A stretch of DNA of 61,622 nt, counting the filler. It is 10 parts of 10 records of this genome, joined end to end, with 100 filler letters (N's around TTAATTAATTAA, not from the genome) between each part and the next. Parts side by side here need not be neighbours in the genome. Positions count along the whole stretch, not along the records: positions 37,805 to 42,832 come from SRR31147125_101230; positions 42,933 to 49,874 come from SRR31147125_101284; positions 49,975 to 55,141 come from SRR31147125_101458; 7 more parts are not named here. The stretch is one strand, 5' to 3'. Positions 40,962-49,975 of the stretch are shown here, in pieces. A program made the translations under genes and the position numbers. Below the pieces are notes generated by a model. It did no database searches and was not told the origin of the DNA. It was given only the letters and a program-made list of their open reading frames with translations. The stretch's first letter is position 1. Each line of letters begins with the position of its first letter.

Positions 40962-41806
40962 ATGAAAAAATTAACTGCTCTTATAATGACAGCCTTGCTT
41001 TTAGCACTGTCGCTGCTGACTGCCTGCAGCCAGACGGGCGCGGACACGGACGTGTCCGTTATGCCGTCGCCGTCTGCGTCCGATGCCGCGCCGCCGACGC
41101 CGTCGGAGAGTGACCCCGCGGAAACTACTCCGGCGGAAACCGCCTCGCCGAGCCCCACGGAGGCAACGGCGTCGCCGAAACCTTTGTCTTTGAAGAACAG
41201 ACGTATACGCAGGATAAAATCTCGATTACGTATCCGCAGCTCGCCGGTGTTGCGGATGAACAGCTGCAAAACGATTTAAACGGCATCATCTACGATACCG
41301 CGATGCAGGGTCTGGACGACTTGGAAAGCGACACGGAATACGAGCTGGTTTCTACCGTGAGCCTGAATACGCCTGATGTGATCAGCATCTGGTTCGACGG
41401 TTATTATTACGCACCGGGCGCGGCGCATCCGGGCCTGTTGCTGTTTGGTGTGACCATTGATGTTGCCAGCTGCCAGCCGGTAGCTCTCGGTGACCTCGTA
41501 ACCATTGACAGCGGTTTTGTTGAGCTGCTCCGGAACGGTGAATTCAGCAGCAATAATTTTGACATGACGGACGAGATTAAGTCCGCTGCGCTGGATTATC
41601 TGTCTGATGACGAGTCCATGATCGCGCAGCTCCAGGACGCCAATTCGTCGATCTGGTCCACAGGCTACTATCTCACGCCCGACGCGCTGGTCGTCTCCGT
41701 TGCCGTTGCGCACGTCATGGGAGACCACATGGAGATCAGCATTCCCTACGGCGATCTGGCTTCATTTAAGACGGATCATCCCGTTTGGGACGCGCTTGGC
41801 GTATAG
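40962..41806 (+). CDS. lipoprotein with Pro/Ser/Thr linker and PdaC/RsiV (DUF4163)-like domain; frameshift near 41190
   Basis: LTAC lipobox, PST-rich linker, then ISITYPQ...YYAPGAAHP and YYLTPDAL...HVMGDH in the next frame. Confidence 0.7.
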
Positions 41807-41851
41807 ATTCGATAGATTCGTTTAAATATTTGGATTGGAAGAGGTGAGAGA

Positions 41852-42238
41852 ATGCCGCTGGTAAAGGTCGAGTTGAGAAAAGGGAAGAGCGCCGAATTTA
41901 AAAAGGCGGTTTTGGACGGTATCCATCAGGCGTTGGTAGACTGTTTCGATGTGCCGCCCGGTAACAGAATTCAGCGGCTGTACGAGCTGGAGGCGGCAGA
42001 TTTTGAGCTGTCGGCCGGCAAGACGGACGCCTTTATCCTTATCGAACTGACGGTGATTAAGGGCCGCAGCTACGAAACCAAGAAAAAGCTGTATGAGGCG
42101 ATTGTCGATAATCTTGAAAAAGCTCCGGGGATTGCACGCACGGACACGCTGATTGTACTCAATGAAGTGCCGGCGGAAAACTGGGGCATACGCGGCGGTA
42201 TACCGGCCCGGGAGACTGAGCTTGGCACGAAAGATTAG
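41852..42238 (+). CDS. tautomerase family protein (4-OT/MSAD-like)
   Basis: N-terminal Pro (MPLVKVEL), GRSYETKKKLY, ENWGIRGG. Confidence 0.92.
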   Translation: MPLVKVELRKGKSAEFKKAVLDGIHQALVDCFDVPPGNRIQRLYELEAADFELSAGKTDAFILIELTVIKGRSYETKKKLYEAIVDNLEKAPGIARTDTLIVLNEVPAENWGIRGGIPARETELGTKD

Positions 42239-42261
42239 CGGACACTGGACTCATGATGAAG

Positions 42262-42293
42262 AAAAAGCGTCCGCGCTATGGCGGGCGCTTTTT
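42262..42293 (+). terminator. intrinsic terminator
   Basis: AAAAAGCGTCCGC-loop-GCGGGCGCTTTTT. Confidence 0.7.
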
Positions 42294-42299
42294 GATTTT

Positions 42300-42358
42300 C
42301 ATATTGACAAATCTCGATATGACGCATATACTGTGACATATCGAATAATTTAGATGTG
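42300..42358 (+). promoter_or_regulatory. promoter with two ArsR/SmtB-type operator palindromes
   Basis: TTGACA (42304)-17 nt-TATACT (42327); CATATTGA-N6-TCGATATG (42300-42321) and CATATCGA-N6-TAGATGTG (42337-42358). Confidence 0.75.
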
Positions 42359-42368
42359 AGGTTGGACG

Positions 42369-42695
42369 ATGGCAATGATGCATAAAGAAAACGCACGCGT
42401 TTTTAAAGCGTTTTGCGATGAAAACAGACTGATGATATTGGAGCTTTTACGCAGCGGCGAAAAATGCGCCTGCGTCCTCTTGGAAAAGCTGAATATCAGA
42501 CAGTCTACGCTGTCCTATCACATGAAGATCCTAGTTGACTCGGGTATTGTAAACGGACGCCAGGAGGGGAGATGGACGCATTACCGCATCAGTAAAGAGG
42601 GCAGCTTAAATGCGGAAAACCTTTTAAAGGCGCTTACAACAGAAGACGCCGACTGTGCCGAAACCTGCTCAAGCTGTCAAAGCGCTGGAGCTTGA
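42369..42695 (+). CDS. ArsR/SmtB-family transcriptional repressor
   Basis: FKAFCDENRL, GEKCAC, QSTLSYHMKIL; C-terminal CxxxCxxC. Confidence 0.93.
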   Translation: MAMMHKENARVFKAFCDENRLMILELLRSGEKCACVLLEKLNIRQSTLSYHMKILVDSGIVNGRQEGRWTHYRISKEGSLNAENLLKALTTEDADCAETCSSCQSAGA

Positions 42696-42832
42696 CTGTC
42701 GCAAAACCGCAAGGCGGCTTTGCCGACACATTAAAGTTCTCGCCCTGAGGGGCTCGCAGTGTAACGCATTTCGGAAATAAATGCCTCAATGCGTTGAAAT
42801 CAAACAATTTTCGCCGCCGAGACCAGACAACT

Positions 42833-42932
42833 NNNNNNNNNNNNNNNNNNNNNNNNNNNNNNNNNNNNNNNNNNNNTTAATTAATTAANNNNNNNNNNNN
42901 NNNNNNNNNNNNNNNNNNNNNNNNNNNNNNNN
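42833..42932. other. artificial contig-joining spacer
   Basis: N44-TTAATTAATTAA-N44. Confidence 0.98.
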
Positions 42933-44075
42933 GATGGAGGAATCAACAACGTTACAGATACAGACCGCCTGCCCTCCCTTCCCTTTGGCTTCACGCAACC
43001 CTGCCAGAGTATCGGCCGTTTCACCGCTCTGACTGATCAGAACCGTCAGGCTCTTGTCATCGACAATCGGATCACGGTAACGGAATTCACTGGCAATATC
43101 GATCTCAACCGGGATGCGCGCCAGCTTTTCAATATAAAACTTACCAACCAGCCCGGCGTGCCAGGATGTTCCACAGGCGATGATGAAAATCTTCTCCAGC
43201 CCGGCCAACCGCTCATCAGAGATATCGAGATCTTCTAGGTAGACATCCCCTTCGTCACCCTGCAGACGCCCGGCGATCGTGTCAGCCAGAGCCCGCGGCT
43301 GCTCATAAATCTCTTTGAGCATAAAGTGTTTGTATCCACCCTTCTCCGCCATCAGCGGACTCCAGGTGATGGTCTTGGTTTCTTTGGTCAGCTCGACACC
43401 GGCCAGATCGGTGATCCGCATAGAGTCCGGGGTAAAGACGACAACTTCACCATCCTCCAGAAAGATCATCTCACGGGTGTGAGTGAGCATGGCGGGGATA
43501 TCGGACGCAACAAAGTACTCACCTTGTCCCTGGCCGATAACCAGAGGTGCCCCCTGTTTGGCGGCGATCAACTTATCCGGTTCATCCTGACACAGGATCG
43601 CCACAGCATAGGCACCCTCAGCCTCGGCCAGAGCGTTACGCACGGCGGTTTCAAAATCGTTGCACTGCCGGTAGTGATCTTCGACCAAGTGGGCGATGAT
43701 TTCGGTATCAGTCTCCGATTTGAAGTTATGACCCGCTGCACTCAGGCGCTCTTTCAGCTTGAGATAATTCTCGATAATCCCGTTATGGACAACCACGATA
43801 TTACTGGCTTTGTGCGGATGGGCGTTGATCTCCGAAGGTCGACCATGGGTCGCCCAGCGGGTGTGCCCGATACCCCGTGTTCCATCGGCCGGTGTCTCCC
43901 TGAGAATGTTCTCCAGGTTGACCAGCTTCCCTTCAGCGCGATGGATCTGCGGCTCACCGCCATTCAGAGTACAGATCCCCGCGGAATCGTACCCGCGGTA
44001 TTCCAACCGCCGCAGCCCATCAATGATGATCGGAGAAGCCTGCTGTTGACCGATATATCCGACGATTCCACACAT
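42933..44075 (-). CDS. glmS: glutamine-fructose-6-phosphate transaminase (3' truncated)
   Basis: [41 protein letters not shown]. Confidence 0.97.
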
Positions 44076-44087
44076 AATGTTCCCCTC

Positions 44088-45478
44088 TCAATCAGGATTT
44101 TTTTCTGTTTACGTAAACGCCAGCCATCAATAACCTTCTGATCGGCACGCGACAACGCCAGCGCATCGGCCGGGACGTCCTTGGTGATGGTCGAACCGGC
44201 AGCGATCAGACTGTTGCGCCCAATCGTCACCGGGGCGACAAACTGGGTGTCACTGCCGACAAACACATCATCTTCGATAATGGTTTTGTGCTTGTTGACC
44301 CCATCGTAATTGCAGGTGATGGTTCCGCAGCCAATATTGACATTTTTACCGACTTCAGCGTCACCGATGTAGGTCAGGTGGCTGGCTTGCGCTCCTTCAT
44401 CAAGGTTCGCTTTTTTTGTTTCAACGAAATTACCAATTTTGTTGTTCCCGGCCAGAACGGTCCCAGGCCTTAAGTGCGCCATCGGCCCGACTTTGCAATC
44501 GGCTCCGATCTGAGACTCTTCGATCGCAGAACCCGCCTTCAGATGGCAACCGTCAGCGACAGTCGAATCGACCACAACAACACCGGTTTCGATGATACAG
44601 TTCTTGCCGATACGGGTCTTCCCACGCAGATGCACGTTCGGATGAATCACCGTATCAATACCGAGCTCAACGCCATTATCGATGTAAACCGTTGTCGGAT
44701 CAGTCATCGAGATACCGCTGAGCATCAGGTCAGACGTCATCTTCCAGCGCATCAGAACTTCGGCTTCGGCCAGCTGACAGCGATCGTTGATCCCCATAAC
44801 CTCAGTCGGATCACTGACACACAGGGCCCGTGTCTTTTCGCCGGCAGCAACAGCAGCGGCAGCCACGTCGGTCAAGTAGTATTCGCCCTGGGCATTGTTC
44901 TTATTCAGGTTCTTCAGAGCCGAGAGGACAAACGCCGCGTCAAAAATGTAGGTTCCAGCGTTAATTTCGGTCACCTGACGCTGCTCGTCGGTCGCATCCT
45001 TCTCTTCAACAATCTTCAGAACCTGCTCCCCGTCCCGGATAATTCGGCCGTAGCCGGACGGGTTGGGCATCTGCGCCGTTAAAACGGTCACAGCAGCCTT
45101 CTGCTGGGCATGATAGTTCTGCAATTGCTGCAGGGTTTCAGCGCGCAGCAACGGCACATCGCCACAAAGCAGCAGCAACGGACCGGTATAGCCACGCAGA
45201 TTCTCCGCCGCACACATCAGCGCGTGACCAGTTCCGAGCTGATTGGTCTGCTCCGTCCAGCTGACACCGTCCACATTGGCAAAGCGCGCTCTAACATCTC
45301 CGGCCTGGTGACCGACGACCACGTTCAACTGTTTGAAACCGGCCTGCTTCGCCGCCTCCAGAGGATAATAGAGCATCGGCTCGCCGCAGATCGGGTGCAG
45401 AACTTTCGCCAGCGCCGACTTCATGCGCGTCCCTTTTCCTGCAGCCAGAATAACCGCCGCCAAACCTTTATTTTTCAT
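44088..45478 (-). CDS. glmU: bifunctional UDP-GlcNAc pyrophosphorylase / glucosamine-1-phosphate acetyltransferase
   Basis: LAAGKGTRMKS, QLGTGHA, GYGRI, EYYLTD, hexapeptide repeats, CNYDG. The listed ORF overruns into glmS, probably because of a slip in the A7 run near 44100; true stop is near 44088. Confidence 0.95.
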
Positions 45479-45632
45479 TGGATTTCCCTTTCTGATGACA
45501 TAAATTTTTAAATTATCTCTAATAAACTTAAATTGTCAAGATACTCTCAATTTTTTTAATAAAAACAGGGGGGTTTATTTACTTTCCCCGGCCCCTCACG
45601 TATAGTTTTCCAGTCGGAGGGACACAACTGAT

Positions 45633-46184
45633 ATGGACGAAAAACGTAGCCTCGCACATGAGCTTGATGAAATCCAGCATGATCTGAAAGAGCTGGAAAT
45701 ACGCTACGAGCAATATTTTGCCGGTATCGAGCGACGCGAACCATACAACGAGCGCAAGGATCTGGCTCGCCGACTGCGTCATTTCACCAACCGACATATT
45801 GTCTGGACTGATATGAAGTTCCGCTATCAGGGGCTCGCATCACGGTTCATGTCGTACGGACAGTACTGGGATCGCATCCTGCGGCTGATCGACGAGGGAA
45901 AATATCATCGTCACACGTCGAAAATCAATCCTCCTTCCGTTTCCAAAGGCAACTCTGCCGCAGAGATATCGCCTAAATCGGAAGCCACCAAACTGTATAA
46001 AGAACTGAACAACGCGCGAAAGGCCCTCGGCCTGGGCGGAGATGGACCGAGCTGCGATTCGATTGAGGTTTTCCTCGCGGCTCAGCGGGAAAAAATACGT
46101 GACCGTTACGGTGACAAGCCGATCAAGTTCAGCGTCGATACCAGTGGTGACAAGCCGCGCATCAAGGTCAGCCTGAAAAAATAA
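45633..46184 (+). CDS. MXAN_5187 C-terminal-domain-like protein
   Basis: LEIRYEQYFAGIERREP and YWDRILRLIDEG, typical of this deltaproteobacterial family (recalled). Confidence 0.7.
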   Translation: MDEKRSLAHELDEIQHDLKELEIRYEQYFAGIERREPYNERKDLARRLRHFTNRHIVWTDMKFRYQGLASRFMSYGQYWDRILRLIDEGKYHRHTSKINPPSVSKGNSAAEISPKSEATKLYKELNNARKALGLGGDGPSCDSIEVFLAAQREKIRDRYGDKPIKFSVDTSGDKPRIKVSLKK

Positions 46185-48040
46185 ATGCGCATCACCATTG
46201 CCACCCTTCACGTCAGAGAATCCGCCCAGTCAGTTGCCCTGGCTGCCGGGTGTTTGAAAAGCAACCTGCCCCAAAAGATTCAGCAATCAACCCAGCTTGT
46301 CGATCTGTACTGCGATCAACTGGACGAATCCTCCGTAGATCGGCTGTTGAGTCATCATCCCAACCTGATCGCATTTTCCATCTATTGCTGGAACCGGCTC
46401 GCCGTCCTCGATCTTTGCCGCCAAATCAGAGAGCGCAGTGACAACGTGATTCTGCTTGCCGGCGGCCCTGAGGCCAGTGCGGACAGCCACAGGCTCCTGA
46501 GCGAAGGTGACTTTGATATTATTGTTCGTGGCGAAGGGGACCAGGTCTTCCCCGAGTTGATTCAACGCCTTGCAAGCAGTCATCCGTTCACCGGCATGCC
46601 GGGCCTGCTCACCAGCGACACCCCAAAAGAAGCGGTCGAAGCCGCCGTCTGTTCCGACCTTGAATCACTCCCATCTCCCTGGCTGAATGGCACCCTCTCT
46701 TTGTCGGATGGTTGCGGCGTTCTCTGGGAGGTCGCACGCGGCTGCCATTTTAACTGCTCTTTCTGCTATGACGCAAAAGGGCATCAAGGGATCAGGCCGT
46801 TGCCTTTAAAGCGGTTGAAAAAGGAACTTGAACGGTTCGTCGCCAACAACGTTGGCCAGGTCTGGATCCTCGATTCAACCTTCAACGCCCCCCAGGGCGA
46901 GGTAAACAACTCCTGCAGTTGCTCATTGAAACAGCCCCTGGAATCCATTTTCACATTGAGGCCAAAGCCGACTTGCTCGATGACGAGACGATCAATCTGC
47001 TCTCCCAGCTCTCATGCTCGGTTCAGGTCGGGCTACAATCAGCAGACCCGGATGTCCTTCTGCCCTTAAGGCGCAAGTTCGACCGCAAACAGATGCAGAA
47101 ACGCCTGCAATCCCTGTCACAAGCGGGCGTAACCTTTGGTCTCGATCTCATTTATGGCCTTCCGAAAGATACTCATAAAGGCTTTACCGAAAGTCTGGAT
47201 TTTGCCCTTTCACAGCAACCAAACCAGATCGACATCTTCCCGCTGGCGGTCCTGCCCGGCACTGAGCTCTACACACAGAGGGAAGCTCTCGGCCTTGATG
47301 CAGACCCTTCTCCGCCTTATCTGATCACGGAGAGTCCGAGCTACCCGGCTGGTGACATGAAAAAGAGTCAGCAACTCGCGGCGGCAACCGACATCTTCTA
47401 CAACCGGGGGCGCGCCGTCGGCTTTTTCCGCCAATTGCAGCAGGCGCTGAAACAGCAACCCTCCGCTGTCCTCAAAGCATTTCATGACTGGCTCCGTACG
47501 GAGCGCAACATAACGGATACGGAGATAGTCGATACGGAATGCTGGCAACCGGAGACAATCCTGGAACTACAGATTGCCTTCACCCGAACGGCGCTGGAGC
47601 AGGCGGGGCAGCAGAAACTGGTCCCCTACGCAGAGGATCTCATCCTCTATCATTTCAGTTGCGCGGAAACCATACTGGCTGAAAACTGCGTGCCGGAAAG
47701 CGGGATTTCTATTGCAAATATGCAGAGAAAGCGCTGGAAAACTTCGCCCCATTGCCGGATCGAACGGCTGAATTGTCCGGCGGACGAGCTCGAGATGTTC
47801 GGTGGGGAGTCACTGACGACGATCGCAGCCCAAGTCGGTCAGGATGCAACTTACGTGATTTTCCTCAAGCAGGGCGACGAACTGATCGTAGAAACACTGG
47901 ACGATCATTTTGCTCAGCTGTTGCTCAACGCACAACAGGAACAGACCGGTGCGCAGCTGATTGCACCTCTGGATCGTCAAAGCGGAGAAGAGCTGTTAAC
48001 CTTTGCCGTCACCCAGGGACTTCTGGTTCAAGCTACTTAA
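46185..48040 (+). CDS. B12-binding-domain radical SAM protein; frameshift near 46890
   Basis: AFSIYCWN, AGGPEA, GEGD, EVARGCHFNCSFC (CxxxCxxC), then QVGLQS and DLIYGLP in the next frame. Confidence 0.88.
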
Positions 48041-49406
48041 GTAACAGATCAACAACACCCTGATAGGTCTGACGCTTCCGTTCGGAACGCCCGTACAGAG
48101 TCGAAGAGAAGAGAGCTGTCGCAGCATGTTCGCCGAGCATTGAGAACAGTTGGTAATCGATCGATTCCAGCTGTTCTTTCTGAATAAACAGGCGGTAAAT
48201 TGCCAGCAGACCGATCATCTGGCCATGAATAATCAGGGGGATGGCAACGATCGGAGAATAGATATCATCCGACCCCTCGCTGACGCACCCGTCAAAAAAG
48301 TAATTTTCCGCGGCGGCGGCGGTTTCACCAAGGACACCTTCTCCCAGCGGAATATCCGGAAACTCAGTCTTTGAATCAAAGCCTTCACCAGTCTCGAAGG
48401 TCAGGACCTTTCCCGCCTTGTCGTAGAGCAGAACAGCAAACTTTTCTGCCCCGACGAAATTAATCACAACTTCCTTAATGATTTCAAGTGTTTCTTCACG
48501 GTCAAGGGTCGAATGCAGTCGGGATGACGCAATGTAGAGATTGGTCAGGTTGTTGTTGACCTCCTCGACCTGCACCAGTTGATTGGCAAAGTCGAGGTTC
48601 TCCTGCTCCAGTTCGCCGATGCGCCGCATCGCATCATCCTGCTCATGACGTAACCGGGAACACTCTCTTTCAAGCCCCTGAAGGCGCAGCCCCAGTTCTT
48701 TGTCCACACCGTCCTGAGCCAGCTTTTCCGCTTTTTTATTCAACACAAGATGATCAAGCTTCATCTTGCTGTCATCATCCGGGCAGATAAAATAGACGCC
48801 ACAGCCATCTTTGTCCGGAGCTTCGCTGCGCATAATTTTGCCGTAAATAGACAGCGCCTCCCCGGTGACACCTTCCAACTTCAGCTCGATCGTTGAATTT
48901 TCTTCAAGCGGGGTCGATGATTTGAGATAGGCGCCCGTCGTCGACAAGTCTTCAGCACTGGCAACGTGCAACTTCCCCTGGCTCTGCAGCTGAATCGGCA
49001 TCTTGACACTAACCCGGTCAGCAGTCCTACGTTTGATCTGCCCAAGCAGGCGCTGAACTTTCTCGCGCAGCTCATTCTTATTGACCGGCTTGGTGATATA
49101 GTCGTCACAACCGGCTTCAAGACACTTTTTTACTTCCTCCGGCTTGCCCGCCGCCGTGACCATCAGGATCGGAAGCTTGCACCACTTTTTGCTTTGACGG
49201 ACCGCCCGACAAACCTCATCGCCATTGATGCCCGGCATATAGTAGTCAAGCAGCAGGACATCTGGAGCGATCTTATCAAGCCTCTGCAAGGTTTCTTCAC
49301 CTGAGGACGCTGTCACCAGGTCAAACCCGCAGCCCTCCAGATAAGAACGTTCCAGTTCAAGAAACAGATCAACATCGTCGACCAGAAGAATTTTCGGCAT
49401 TACCAT
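48033..49406 (-). CDS. response regulator with REC-PilZ-coiled coil-GAF architecture
   Basis: LLVDD, LLDYYMP and TKP (REC); RTADR and DLSTTG (PilZ); LHSTLD...AIPL...GLLAI (GAF). Confidence 0.85.
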   Translation of the reverse strand: MVMPKILLVDDVDLFLELERSYLEGCGFDLVTASSGEETLQRLDKIAPDVLLLDYYMPGINGDEVCRAVRQSKKWCKLPILMVTAAGKPEEVKKCLEAGCDDYITKPVNKNELREKVQRLLGQIKRRTADRVSVKMPIQLQSQGKLHVASAEDLSTTGAYLKSSTPLEENSTIELKLEGVTGEALSIYGKIMRSEAPDKDGCGVYFICPDDDSKMKLDHLVLNKKAEKLAQDGVDKELGLRLQGLERECSRLRHEQDDAMRRIGELEQENLDFANQLVQVEEVNNNLTNLYIASSRLHSTLDREETLEIIKEVVINFVGAEKFAVLLYDKAGKVLTFETGEGFDSKTEFPDIPLGEGVLGETAAAAENYFFDGCVSEGSDDIYSPIVAIPLIIHGQMIGLLAIYRLFIQKEQLESIDYQLFSMLGEHAATALFSSTLYGRSERKRQTYQGVVDLLLK

Positions 49407-49454
49407 CTCCCTTAAAAATTGCAGATTAATAATGCCTGAGGAAGTACAAAAAGT

Positions 49455-49490
49455 AAAGGCTCCCGATGCAAGCGCACGGGAGCCTTTTTT
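49455..49490. terminator. intrinsic terminator hairpin
   Basis: AAAGGCTCCCG-loop-CGGGAGCCTTTTTT. Confidence 0.7.
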
Positions 49491-49515
49491 GAACTCTCTA
49501 TTTGGTTTTTATGAA

Positions 49516-49791
49516 TCAGGCGACCTTGGCGATATCTTTCAGATAACGTGGTCGCTCAGCGATAAAATTTATAATTTCTTCAACTTTCGGAACACGCCCG
49601 GCAATCCGGACCTGATCATCGATTAACAGTGCCGGAACGACATAGATCCGGTTATCAATCATTTTACGAGAATCACTGAATTGATGAACTTCCGCTTCAA
49701 CCCCAAGCTGATCAAGCGCCTCTCTGACATTTTCAACGGCGCCCTGGCAAGCTTCTGGATGCTCCGGTTTACAAAGAATATCGATACGCAT
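49516..49791 (-). CDS. small thioredoxin-like protein (Thioredoxin_3/MTH895 family)
   Basis: MRIDILC...VPALLIDDQVRIAGRVP; start ATG 49791 after GAGGA. Confidence 0.75.
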   Translation of the reverse strand: MRIDILCKPEHPEACQGAVENVREALDQLGVEAEVHQFSDSRKMIDNRIYVVPALLIDDQVRIAGRVPKVEEIINFIAERPRYLKDIAKVA

Positions 49792-49874
49792 GGTGTCCTC
49801 CGCGATTGAATTAGCAACAATTATGACCAATTTGGTAATATTATATACACAGAAATTATTTCTGCAAGCTTTTT

Positions 49875-49974
49875 NNNNNNNNNNNNNNNNNNNNNNNNNN
49901 NNNNNNNNNNNNNNNNNNTTAATTAATTAANNNNNNNNNNNNNNNNNNNNNNNNNNNNNNNNNNNNNNNNNNNN
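49875..49974. other. artificial contig-joining spacer
   Basis: N44-TTAATTAATTAA-N44. Confidence 0.98.
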
Positions 49975-49975
49975 A

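Noticed and set aside
43964-44087. Long GlmU C-terminal extension overlapping glmS
   Set aside because: Explained by a one-base slip in the A7 run near 44100.
43326-45511. Long antisense ORFs opposite glmS/glmU, and similar ones opposite nadB and pduS
   Set aside because: Shadow ORFs from codon bias on the coding strand; no recognisable motifs.
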